Assembly (NCBI GenBank): GCA_039587315.1
Contig: JBDHIS010000014.1
Location: 678 to 64,677 of the forward strand
DNA length: 64,000 nt
Source of the DNA: Gemmatimonadota bacterium
GTDB taxonomy: Bacteria; Gemmatimonadota; Gemmatimonadetes; Gemmatimonadales; GWC2-71-9
Reading direction: 5' to 3'
In this document: positions 47,560 to 56,485 of the stretch, in pieces
Layout of the letters: each line of letters starts with the position of its first letter
How positions within the stretch are numbered: position 1 is the first letter of the stretch
Position numbers and translations under genes: made by a program
The notes under the pieces: model-generated
The model's database searches: none
The model's input: only the letters and a program-made list of their open reading frames with translations
Told to the model about the DNA's origin: nothing

Positions 47560-48000
47560 ATGTTCAAGTGGTTCGGCCGCGTCAACTACGCACCCTTCAC
47601 CAAGGTGGGGGACTTCGCGCAGCACCTGAAGGACGGCCGCTTGATGGCGAGCCGCTGCAAGCAGTGCGGCGCGACCTCCTTTCCGCCGAGGGCCGACTGC
47701 GAAGCGTGCCTGAGCGGCGAGTTCGAGTTCACGGAGCTGAGTGGGCGCGGGCGGCTGCACACGTACACCAAGATCGTCGCCGCGCCGACCGGCTTCGAGG
47801 ACGTGGCGCCGTACACCGTAGGCGTGGTCGACTTGGAAGAGGGCGGTCGCGCCGTGGCCTGGTTCGGCGAGAGCATCCCGGAAGAGAGCATCGAGATCGA
47901 CATGGAGCTGCAGGTCGTCCCCCGCATCTTCGAGGAGCTGGAGGAGATCCGGGTCTTCTACAGTCTGGAGCGGCCGGGCACGACCTGGGCGAAGACGTAA
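47560..48000 (+). CDS. DUF35 Zn-ribbon/OB-fold protein (thiolase partner)
   Basis: [34 protein letters not shown]. Confidence 0.9.
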   Translation: MFKWFGRVNYAPFTKVGDFAQHLKDGRLMASRCKQCGATSFPPRADCEACLSGEFEFTELSGRGRLHTYTKIVAAPTGFEDVAPYTVGVVDLEEGGRAVAWFGESIPEESIEIDMELQVVPRIFEELEEIRVFYSLERPGTTWAKT

Positions 48001-48058
48001 CACCCCCGACGAGATCAGCCGACTGCGGTCGTGGAGTGAAGAGAGGGAGCGGAGTGGT

Positions 48059-49255
48059 ATGAGCACAAAGGCGACTATGGATGGCGGGATTGCGACTCAG
48101 GTGTTCCCCGAGTGGCGCGGTCAGCCGCTGGACGAGATCCTGTATCACTGCAGGGAGCTCGCCGAAGACGAGGATTTCCCCACCGTGCGCCGCTGGCGTG
48201 AGGCAGGCGGAAGGGTGGTGGGCCACTTCCAGGTGTACTTCCCCGAGGAGATCGCCCATGCGGCGGGCATGCTCCCGTTCAAGCTGCGGGGCGCCTCCGT
48301 CGAGGCGACCCAGGCCGACTCCCGCTTCGGGTCGTACCTCTGCTCCATCCTGAAGACGTCACTCGAGCTCGCTCTCAGCCGTCGCATCGAGCTCGAGATG
48401 TTCGTAACGCACCCGATCTGTGACGCGGCGCGCAACCTGGCCGCGGTGTGGGGTCGCAACTTCCCCTATCCCTGCCAGATCCTCTATCTGCCGCAGAACG
48501 CGAACTCGCCACACGCCGCCGAGTACCTGCGCGGTGAGTACGATCGCGTGAAGCGGGCAATCGAGGGAATCGCCGGCCGGGAAGTGACCGAGAGTGACCT
48601 GCAACGCTCCCTCGGGGTGTTCAACGAGAACCGGGCGTTGCTGAGGGAGCTGTATGTCATCAAGCGCGAGGCGCCGTGGCTCATCTCCGCCGAGGATGCA
48701 TACGTGCTGGTGGCAATCGGAGGCATGATCCCGCGGGAGGAGCACAACGAGCTGCTGCGCGCGGTGCTTCCCCTCATACGCGAGCGCGGCGCCAAGCGCC
48801 AGGATCGCATTCGCGTGGTGTTCGAAGGCGGATTCTGCGAGCAGCCGCCGCTGGATCTCATCCGGGCGATCGGCCGTTCGTGCTACGTCGTGGACGACGA
48901 CCTCTTTATCGGTTTGCGCTGGATCCTGGAGGACGTGCCGCTCGACGGCGACCCGCTGCTCGCACTCGCCACGGCCTATCTCGAGAGCTCCTCGTACAGC
49001 CCGGTGCAGCATGACCTTCGCAAGCCCAAGGAGGAGATGCTGCTCGAGCGCATCGCTGCGTCCGATGCCCAGGCCGCGATAATCACGGCAGCCAAGATGT
49101 GCGAGCCGGGTCTGGAGGAGCAGGTCGCCTACACTCGAGCGCTCGACGAGAAGAACGTGCCCTACTTCGTGAGCGAGTTCGAGGAGAAAATGACCAGCTT
49201 CGATCATCTGGAGATCCAGCTGGAGACATTCATCGAGAACCTCCTGTTCGAGTGA
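48059..49255 (+). CDS. bcrC: class I benzoyl-CoA reductase subunit C (BcrC/BadD/HgdB family)
   Basis: [41 protein letters not shown]; colinear with BcrC as I recall it; had/oah context. Confidence 0.85.
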   Translation: MSTKATMDGGIATQVFPEWRGQPLDEILYHCRELAEDEDFPTVRRWREAGGRVVGHFQVYFPEEIAHAAGMLPFKLRGASVEATQADSRFGSYLCSILKTSLELALSRRIELEMFVTHPICDAARNLAAVWGRNFPYPCQILYLPQNANSPHAAEYLRGEYDRVKRAIEGIAGREVTESDLQRSLGVFNENRALLRELYVIKREAPWLISAEDAYVLVAIGGMIPREEHNELLRAVLPLIRERGAKRQDRIRVVFEGGFCEQPPLDLIRAIGRSCYVVDDDLFIGLRWILEDVPLDGDPLLALATAYLESSSYSPVQHDLRKPKEEMLLERIAASDAQAAIITAAKMCEPGLEEQVAYTRALDEKNVPYFVSEFEEKMTSFDHLEIQLETFIENLLFE

Positions 49256-49263
49256 GTGATACG

Positions 49264-50562
49264 ATGGCAGACCATGCAGTCGATACGATCGTGGGGCGCG
49301 GCAACAAGGACGGCGCCGACCTGTTCCGGCAGTGGTTCGGGGAGCTGACCGAGGCGGCAGCGGAGGATCGCCGCGCGGCCTACGTCTTCGTGATGGGCAG
49401 CTTTTGTGAGCTGCTGCAGGTGTTCGACCTCCCGATCGTCTTTCCGGAGATCAACTCACTCCAGACGGCGGTCCGCCGAGTGGCGCACGAGTACCTCAAC
49501 GAAGCCGAGGACTACGGCTACTCGCCCGACATCTGCGGCTACGTGAAGGCCGACGTCGCTACGCAACTGCGCGGCGGCGAGCTGCCGATGGGCCGCATCC
49601 CCAAGCCCGCCATCGCCGTCTATACGAACGCTTGCAACACCTACATCAAGTGGGCGGAGATCTGGGAGCGGATGTACGGCGTCCCGACATTCGTGCTGGA
49701 CGTGCCCGGCTCACGCGCCGCCGGCGCGCAGACCTGGCCCGGTGACCCGGACTTCGAGAACGACCGTCGCTACGTCGCCGCGCAGATCAAGGAGCTGATC
49801 CCGGTGCTCGAGAAGGTCACCGGTATCGGATTCGACATAGACAAGCTGCGCGAGACCATGGGGCACGCTAACTCCATGAACCGCTCGTGGAAGCGCGTGT
49901 TGGAGCTGAATCGGAGCAAGCCGTCGCTGTTCAACGCACTGTCCGATGGCACGATCTACCTGGGAGTGGCGAACGGCTTCCGGGGCACCTCAGCGGGCGC
50001 GGCCTATTTCGAGGACCTCGTCGAGGAGATGGAGCACAAGGCTGCAGAGGGAATCGGGACGCTGACCGAGGAGCTGTACCGTCTCCTCTTCGTGGGCGTG
50101 CCGTGCTATCCCATCTTCCGCCGCTTCACGGAGTTGTTCACAGAGCTGGGTGGCACGTTCGTCAACTCCACCTACCTGTGGTTTGCCTCCGGCGGGTCCA
50201 ACGTCGGATTCCAGTACGACCTCGACGATCCTGTCGAGAGCCTGGCCGAAGGCGTGTTGATCAGCGTGCGCGACGCGATGGACAGCATGTTCTTCCAGAC
50301 GCAGATCCTGTCCGACATGATCGACGACTTCGGGGCCCACGGCGTCGTGTATCACCCCATCAAGAGCTGCCGCACCGTTTCCACCGGCCTCGCGGACAAC
50401 CGCCGGGACCTGATGGCGCAGCGTGACATCCCGAGCCTCTTCATCGAGTCCGACATGATGGACAAGCGGGTCGTGTCCGAAGCGCAGCTCAAGAACCGGG
50501 TGGACGCGTTCTTCGAAGGACTGGCCACACGCCGGCACCAGGCCGCGATCCAGCAGCCGTAA
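49264..50562 (+). CDS. bcrB: class I benzoyl-CoA reductase subunit B
   Basis: [45 protein letters not shown]. Confidence 0.85.
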   Translation: MADHAVDTIVGRGNKDGADLFRQWFGELTEAAAEDRRAAYVFVMGSFCELLQVFDLPIVFPEINSLQTAVRRVAHEYLNEAEDYGYSPDICGYVKADVATQLRGGELPMGRIPKPAIAVYTNACNTYIKWAEIWERMYGVPTFVLDVPGSRAAGAQTWPGDPDFENDRRYVAAQIKELIPVLEKVTGIGFDIDKLRETMGHANSMNRSWKRVLELNRSKPSLFNALSDGTIYLGVANGFRGTSAGAAYFEDLVEEMEHKAAEGIGTLTEELYRLLFVGVPCYPIFRRFTELFTELGGTFVNSTYLWFASGGSNVGFQYDLDDPVESLAEGVLISVRDAMDSMFFQTQILSDMIDDFGAHGVVYHPIKSCRTVSTGLADNRRDLMAQRDIPSLFIESDMMDKRVVSEAQLKNRVDAFFEGLATRRHQAAIQQP

Positions 50563-50582
50563 CGGAACGGGGAAGGAAGCTC

Positions 50583-51398
50583 ATGGCTTACGCAGCGGGC
50601 GTGGACGTCGGATCCACCCAAACCAAGGCAGTCATCATCGACGAGCAGAAGCGGATCGTGAGCCGCGCGCTGACCGACACCGGCGCCAACGTGATCCGCG
50701 CGGCCGAGAGCGCATTCGCCGAGGCCCTCGGAAACGGTGATCTCCGCGAGGAAGAAGTCGAGTACGTCGTCGGCACCGGCTACGGCCGCTATAAAGTGAC
50801 GTTCGGCAACACGCAGGTGACCGAGATCAGCTGCCACGGGCGGGGCGCAGTCCATATGTTCCCCGAGACGCGCACGGTCGTGGACATGGGCGGCCAGGAT
50901 ACGAAGGCGATCCGCGTGTCCGCCACGGGTGAGATCGTCGACTTCTGCATGAACGACAAATGCGCGGCCGGAACGGGCAGGTTCCTGGGCGCCGCGTCCG
51001 CCGCGTTGGAGATCCCCCTCGACAAGCTGGGTCCGACGGCACTCGACGGCGAGCGGCCCGTGAAGATCAGCACGACGTGCACCGTGTTCGCGGAGTCGGA
51101 GGTGCTGTCCTGGCTGGGCAAGGGCAAGAAGATCGAGGACATCCTGCTCGGCGTACACCAGTCGATAGCGGCCCGCTCGGCGGGGCTGCTCCGCCGAGTC
51201 GGCGTCGAGGACGAAGTCACGTTCACGGGGGGCGTGGCCAAGAACACGGCTATGATCTCGACACTCAACGAGCGGCTGAACCTGGAAGTCAACGTGAGCG
51301 ACGACTCCCACTACATGGGGGCGCTGGGCGCCGCGCTCTTCGCGCTGGACCACATCCTGGCCAGCCGGGCGCCGGCGAAAGCGAGGCAGGACGCATGA
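50583..51398 (+). CDS. benzoyl-CoA reductase ATP-dependent activase subunit (ASKHA, BcrA/D family)
   Basis: [41 protein letters not shown]. Confidence 0.9.
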   Translation: MAYAAGVDVGSTQTKAVIIDEQKRIVSRALTDTGANVIRAAESAFAEALGNGDLREEEVEYVVGTGYGRYKVTFGNTQVTEISCHGRGAVHMFPETRTVVDMGGQDTKAIRVSATGEIVDFCMNDKCAAGTGRFLGAASAALEIPLDKLGPTALDGERPVKISTTCTVFAESEVLSWLGKGKKIEDILLGVHQSIAARSAGLLRRVGVEDEVTFTGGVAKNTAMISTLNERLNLEVNVSDDSHYMGALGAALFALDHILASRAPAKARQDA

Positions 51399-52222
51399 TC
51401 TACACCGCTGGAATCGACGTCGGCTCGACCTACACCAAGGCGGTCGTGCTGAGTGCAGAGAACGAGATCGTGGGCCGCGCGATGGAGCCCACCGGGTTCA
51501 AGCTGACCGAGGTGGCGAGCCGGGTGCGTGACACCGCCGTTGCGGAGGCTGGGCTCTCGGGCCAGGACGTGACCTACACGGTGGCGACCGGCTTCGGGAG
51601 ACACCAGGCCGACGTGAGCGACGTGCAGGTTACCGACCTGACCGCGGCCGCGCGCGGGACCACGTTCCTCTTCCCCGGCACCCGTACGATCCTGGACGTC
51701 GGCGGACAGACGATGAAGGCGACCCGGCTCGGAGACGGCGCCAAGGTCAAGTCGTTCCGACTCAACGACAAGTGCGCCGCCGGGACCGGCGCGTTCCTCG
51801 AAAAGACCGCCCGCTACATGGGATACAGCACGGAGGAGATCGGCCCGCTGGTCCAAACCTCCAAGGAGCCCACGTCGATCTCGGGCGTGTGCGCCGTGTT
51901 CGCCGAATCGGAGGTGATCAACCACCTCTCGCAGGGGGTGGCGCCCGCCGACATCATGCACGGAGCCATCGTCTCTCTGGTGGGCCGCTCGGTGCAGCTC
52001 ATGAAGCGGGTGCGCATGGAGCCCGAGTTCACACTCATCGGCGGCATCCTGCGTTTCGAGCGGATGGCCGACGTGGTTCGGCACGAGCTCCAGGCCGAAG
52101 TGAACGTGCCCGAGGGTGACCTGGTCCAGTTCACGTCGGCTCTAGGAGCAGCGATCCTCGGCCATCGCCGGCTCGAGAAGCTCCAGCAGGAGGGCGCCCC
52201 GGCCGGCGCCTCCGATGAATAG
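51395..52222 (+). CDS. second benzoyl-CoA reductase activase subunit (ASKHA, BcrA/D family)
   Basis: ATGA overlap with the previous gene; [38 protein letters not shown]. Confidence 0.9.
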   Translation: MIYTAGIDVGSTYTKAVVLSAENEIVGRAMEPTGFKLTEVASRVRDTAVAEAGLSGQDVTYTVATGFGRHQADVSDVQVTDLTAAARGTTFLFPGTRTILDVGGQTMKATRLGDGAKVKSFRLNDKCAAGTGAFLEKTARYMGYSTEEIGPLVQTSKEPTSISGVCAVFAESEVINHLSQGVAPADIMHGAIVSLVGRSVQLMKRVRMEPEFTLIGGILRFERMADVVRHELQAEVNVPEGDLVQFTSALGAAILGHRRLEKLQQEGAPAGASDE

Positions 52223-52237
52223 CCGCACCGCGCAACG

Positions 52238-52552
52238 ATGACGGATTCCGACACCCCGAAGAAGGGCGCCTCCAGGCGCCTCGCCGTGCTGGTGGAGCAG
52301 GAGGCGCGGCGGATGCTCTCGGAGGCCGCGCTCGAGGGGGACCCGGAGTTGCTGGCCGACGGGTGGGAGCGGCGCTTCATGGCCGACGCGGAGCGCGCCA
52401 GAGAAGCGGTGGAGCTCTATGAGGAGCTGGGCTACGAGGTGCGCAGCGAGGCGGTCCGCGCCGAGGACGTCGCAGACGACTGCGAGGACTGCCAACTCCT
52501 GATGCTGCTCAAGTTCCAGACGATCTACACGCGCAAGGACGCCGCCCGATAA
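52238..52552 (+). CDS. small acidic CxxC protein of unknown function, last gene of the bcr operon
   Basis: 15 nt after the activase stop; GWERRF..ELYEELGYEV..CEDC..IYTRK. Confidence 0.75.
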   Translation: MTDSDTPKKGASRRLAVLVEQEARRMLSEAALEGDPELLADGWERRFMADAERAREAVELYEELGYEVRSEAVRAEDVADDCEDCQLLMLLKFQTIYTRKDAAR

Positions 52553-52566
52553 ACCGCGGCCCCGCC

Positions 52567-53646
52567 TCAGCCCTTCCGCAACTCGTTCACTACCATGTCA
52601 CCCATGTCGGAGGTGGAAATCCCGCTCCGCGCGTCGGCAGAAGGCACCGCACCACTGCCGAGGAGCCGCGCGATGGCACCTTCCACGCGCGCAGCGGCCG
52701 AGGTCTCTCCCAGAAAGTCCAGCATCATCGAGACCGAGCTGACCGCACCCAGCGGACATGCCACGTTCTTGCCCGCGTACTTGGGAGCCGAGCCGTGGAT
52801 CGGCTCGAACATGGACGTCTTGCCGGGGTGGATGTTCCCCGAAGCCGCTATACCCATCCCGCCCTGCAGCATGGCGCCGAGGTCCGTGATGATGTCGCCG
52901 AACAGGTTCGTCGTCACTGCCACGTCGAACCACTCCGGGTTCTTGATCATCCACATGCAGCAGGCATCCACGTACGCGTGATCGGTCTCGACTTCGGGAA
53001 AGTCCCGAGCCACTTCGGCAAAGGCGCGGGTCCAGATGTCCTGCGGCCTGACCGCGTTGGCCTTGTCCACCAACATCACGCTCGGCTTGTGTCCCGCGCC
53101 GCGCTCCTGCGCCCGCTTGCGGGCCAGCTCGAAGGCGTAGCGCGAAGCCCGCTCGCACCCCTTCCAGGTGTACACGCCGTTCACGATGGCGACCTCGTCG
53201 GGTGTGCCCTTCTTGAGGTGCCCCCCGATCTGTGAGTAGATGCCCTCGGTGTTCTCACGCACCACTACGAAGTCGATGTCGTCGGGACCCTTGTCCTTGA
53301 GGGGGCATAGGTGCTCGGCGTACAGCTTGATGGGACGGAGATTGATGTACAGATCGAGACCGAAGCGCAGCCCCAGGATCACCGACCGCTCCACCAGTCC
53401 GGTCTCCACGCCGGGATGTCCGATGGCGCCCAGCAGCACGGCATCGAGCGTGCGCCACTCGTCGATCACCGAGTCGGAAACCAGCTCCTTGGTCTTGAGG
53501 TAATACTCCCCGCTGTAGGGATACTCGACGAGCTCGTACTCGAAGCCCTCCATGGCGGCGACCGCCTCGAGCGCCTTGAGCCCCTCTCGCGTCACCTCCG
53601 GTCCGATTCCGTCTCCGGGAAGCACACCGATGTTGTAGCTGGCCAT
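52567..53646 (-). CDS. leuB: 3-isopropylmalate dehydrogenase-family beta-decarboxylating dehydrogenase
   Basis: [50 protein letters not shown]. Confidence 0.8.
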   Translation of the reverse strand: MASYNIGVLPGDGIGPEVTREGLKALEAVAAMEGFEYELVEYPYSGEYYLKTKELVSDSVIDEWRTLDAVLLGAIGHPGVETGLVERSVILGLRFGLDLYINLRPIKLYAEHLCPLKDKGPDDIDFVVVRENTEGIYSQIGGHLKKGTPDEVAIVNGVYTWKGCERASRYAFELARKRAQERGAGHKPSVMLVDKANAVRPQDIWTRAFAEVARDFPEVETDHAYVDACCMWMIKNPEWFDVAVTTNLFGDIITDLGAMLQGGMGIAASGNIHPGKTSMFEPIHGSAPKYAGKNVACPLGAVSSVSMMLDFLGETSAAARVEGAIARLLGSGAVPSADARSGISTSDMGDMVVNELRKG

Positions 53647-53846
53647 CCGACCTCCCTCCGGGTTCCATCTCGGCCCCGGAAGCTCCGGGGCTCAACATCC
53701 AATACTGGAGGGCGGGCGCCCGCGGCGCGAGTGCCCCCTCCTGACAACGGATCCGGGGCGGCGCGTTGAAGGTAGCCAGCCGAGAGGCCATCTTATTGAG
53801 AGGGAAAGGGGAGCCGAATCAGCAGTCCGGCAAGGAGATGACGACG

Positions 53847-54551
53847 ATGCGATGCACCAGATGTGGCCACGAGTCAGCCGACACTGACAAGTTCTGCGCC
53901 GAATGCGGCTTGTTTCTGCGCGATGCCTACATAGATCACCGCCTGCTCCATGCCCTGGTCCAGGAGACCGAGGGCAGCCACCGGGACGCCCGCCGCGAGC
54001 TGGAGCGCCTGGTGGAGGCCGAACCCGACAACGTGCTGGCAAATCACCTGCTGGGGCACGTCTACTATCACCAGGGGACGCTGGACCAGGCCATTGCGCG
54101 CTACGAGCGTGCGCTGGAGCTGGCTCCGAACTTCGTGGAGTGCTCATACGACCTCGGGGTCGCCTACTACCATCGCGGCAACATGCCGGGAGCCATCCGC
54201 GCCTACCGGCGCTGCCTCGAGATAGACCCCAACTACAACGCAGCGCACTACCGGCTGGCAATCGCCCTGTTCCACGCCGGCGAGCTAGACCTGGCGCTGG
54301 AGCATTTCGAGAAGTGCACGGCGCTCACGCCCGAGTACCTGATGGCCCGCTACCACATCGGCGTCATCTACGAGCGGATGGAAGACTTCGACGCGGCGGC
54401 CAGGGAGTTTCAACGCAGCGCCGACGACGTAGTCGAAGAGGTGAGCAGCCTCTACCACCTGGCGCAGATATACAAATCCAGGGGGGATGAGACCGCAGCG
54501 AACAAGCTGCTGGAGCGCGCCCGGCAGTTCGGCCGCGCACAGGTCTCCTGA
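53847..54551 (+). CDS. zinc-ribbon plus TPR protein
   Basis: CTRC..FCAEC N-terminus; about 5 TPR repeats; AAGGAG RBS. Confidence 0.85.
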   Translation: MRCTRCGHESADTDKFCAECGLFLRDAYIDHRLLHALVQETEGSHRDARRELERLVEAEPDNVLANHLLGHVYYHQGTLDQAIARYERALELAPNFVECSYDLGVAYYHRGNMPGAIRAYRRCLEIDPNYNAAHYRLAIALFHAGELDLALEHFEKCTALTPEYLMARYHIGVIYERMEDFDAAAREFQRSADDVVEEVSSLYHLAQIYKSRGDETAANKLLERARQFGRAQVS

Positions 54552-54559
54552 GGCCCGGC

Positions 54560-55813
54560 ATGGCGACCGCTCCCACCGAAGACCGCCTCATCCACGATTG
54601 GGCCGCTGCGGACGAGCGCCAGGAGCCCAAGCGTCTGGCAATGCTAGACGACGAGACGCTGCGGGACGGGCTGCAGAGCCCGTCGGTGACCGATCCGCCC
54701 ACGGACGTGAAGGTCAAGATCCTCCACCTCATGAACGACCTCGGGATCGAGACCGCCGACATCGGACTTCCCGGAGCTGGACCCAGACAGCGGGACGCGG
54801 TCGAGCGCCTCTGCCGCGAGATCGCGGATAGCCGACTGAGCATCAATGCCAACTGCGCCGCACGCACGATGATCGTGGACATTCAGCCCATCGCCGACGT
54901 GGTGCAGAAGACCGGCGTGCCGATCGAGGCGTGTGTGTTCATCGGCAGCAGTCCCATCCGGCAGTACGCCGAGGAGTGGGACCTGGAGCACATCCTGCGG
55001 CACACGAAGGAGGCGGTGGGCTTCGCCGTTCGTGAGGGTCTCGACGTCATGTACGTCACAGAGGACACGATCCGAGCGAGGCCGGAGGACCTACGCATCC
55101 TGCTGAGCGCGGGTGTCGAAGCCGGCGCCAAACGACTGTGCCTGTGTGACACGGTCGGGGCGGCCGTACCGCAAGGCGTGCGCAACCTGGTGGCGTGGGT
55201 CGGGCAGTTGTTGGAGGATCTGGGCGTTGCAGGCGACGTCGGCATAGACTGGCACGGCCACCGGGACCGGGGGCTGGACGTCGCCAACACGCTGGCTGCG
55301 ATCGAGGCCGGCGCCACGCGCGTGCACGGAACGGCGCTCGGGGTGGGCGAGCGGGTCGGCAACACGCCGATGGAGCAGTTGCTGGTGAACCTCAAGCTGT
55401 TCGGATGGCGCGACGACGATCTGTCGTGCCTGCCCGAGTACGTGCAGACCGTTTCACAGGCCGTCGGCGTTCCCATCCCCGTGAACACTCCGATCGTCGG
55501 GAGGGACGCTTTCCGCACGGCGACGGGCGTCCACGCCGCCGCCGTCATCAAGGCCAAGCGCAAGGGCCAGGCGTGGCTGGCCGACCGGGTTTATTCCGGA
55601 GTGCCGGCCAGTTGGATCGGACGCGAGCAGGAGATCGAGGTGGGTCACATGTCGGGTGGCTCGAACGTGTTGTTCTTCCTGCGCGCGCGCGGCCTGCCGG
55701 ACGGCCCCGAGGTAGTCGAGGCCGTGATGGCCGCCGCGAAGAAGTCCGAGCGCCTCCTCACGGAGGAGGAGATCCGAGAGGCGGTGGAATCAGTCGCCGG
55801 AAAGGACGTGTGA
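54560..55813 (+). CDS. LeuA/homocitrate synthase family (DRE-TIM) 2-oxoacid:acetyl-CoA condensing enzyme, no regulatory domain
   Basis: DETLRDGLQ, LCDTVG, HGHRDRG, GVGERVGN; only 417 aa. Confidence 0.88.
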   Translation: MATAPTEDRLIHDWAAADERQEPKRLAMLDDETLRDGLQSPSVTDPPTDVKVKILHLMNDLGIETADIGLPGAGPRQRDAVERLCREIADSRLSINANCAARTMIVDIQPIADVVQKTGVPIEACVFIGSSPIRQYAEEWDLEHILRHTKEAVGFAVREGLDVMYVTEDTIRARPEDLRILLSAGVEAGAKRLCLCDTVGAAVPQGVRNLVAWVGQLLEDLGVAGDVGIDWHGHRDRGLDVANTLAAIEAGATRVHGTALGVGERVGNTPMEQLLVNLKLFGWRDDDLSCLPEYVQTVSQAVGVPIPVNTPIVGRDAFRTATGVHAAAVIKAKRKGQAWLADRVYSGVPASWIGREQEIEVGHMSGGSNVLFFLRARGLPDGPEVVEAVMAAAKKSERLLTEEEIREAVESVAGKDV

Positions 55814-55816
55814 GGT

Positions 55817-56485
55817 ACGGGACAGAGATACCTCGGACCTACGCGGTTCATCGATAGCGACCACCCCGAGGTAGTCGACTTCGCGAAGGGTGTAATCGGC
55901 CGCCAGACGGGTGAGGTGGACAAGGCCGTAGCGCTCTACTATGCCGTGCGCGACGGCATCCGCTACGATCCCTACTACATAGACCTCCGGCCCGGCGCGA
56001 TGCGAGCAAGCGCCGTGCTGAAACGCGGTTCCGGCTTCTGTGTAGCCAAGGCAGTCGTGCTGGCGGCCGCAGCCCGGACACACGGAATCGCCAGCCGGCT
56101 CGGCTTCGCCGACGTGCGGAACCACCTCACGACCGAGCGGATGCGCCGCGCGATGCGCACCGACCTATTCGTGTTTCACGGATATGCCGAACTGCTGGTG
56201 GAGGGTCGTTGGGTGAAGGCTACCCCGGCCTTCAACATATCGCTGTGCGAGCGGTTCGACGTGACACCACTCGAGTTCGACGGACGGCGGGATTCCCTGT
56301 TTCAGCAGTACGACCGAGAGGGCAATCGCCATATGGAGTACGTGCGGGACCGCGGGCACTTTTCGGATCTGCCCCTCGACGAGATGCTGGAGGCTTTCGA
56401 GGAGCACTATCCCTGGCTGATGGCAGGGGGCGTCTACAACATCAGGGGTAGTATGGACGCCGATCTGGAGGAGATGAGACGGTGA
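55817..56485 (+). CDS. transglutaminase-like protein with non-canonical 5' end
   Basis: YLGPTRFIDSDHP, YYAVRDGIRYDPY, GFCVAKA (Cys), DVRNHL, HGY, WVKATPAFN. First standard in-frame start is GTG 55916; the start given here (ACG) is a guess. Confidence 0.75.
   Translation, partial: TGQRYLGPTRFIDSDHPEVVDFAKGVIGRQTGEVDKAVALYYAVRDGIRYDPYYIDLRPGAMRASAVLKRGSGFCVAKAVVLAAAARTHGIASRLGFADVRNHLTTERMRRAMRTDLFVFHGYAELLVEGRWVKATPAFNISLCERFDVTPLEFDGRRDSLFQQYDREGNRHMEYVRDRGHFSDLPLDEMLEAFEEHYPWLMAGGVYNIRGSMDADLEEMRR

Noticed and set aside
44622-47585. Long minus-strand ORFs 44622..46046 and 46071..47585 (and similar ones throughout)
   Set aside because: They overlap well-supported plus-strand enzymes and have the composition of shadow frames.
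48059-52222. 2-hydroxyacyl-CoA (e.g. phenyllactyl-CoA) dehydratase instead of BCR
   Set aside because: Two distinct activase genes, BcrB/C-like motifs and co-transcription with had and oah favour a ring reductase; phylogeny is still needed.
55811-55834. Selenocysteine decoding of the UGA followed by a hairpin
   Set aside because: The UGA would fall in an inter-domain linker rather than at a catalytic Cys position, and the stem is short and includes the stop itself; generic read-through is kept only as one option.
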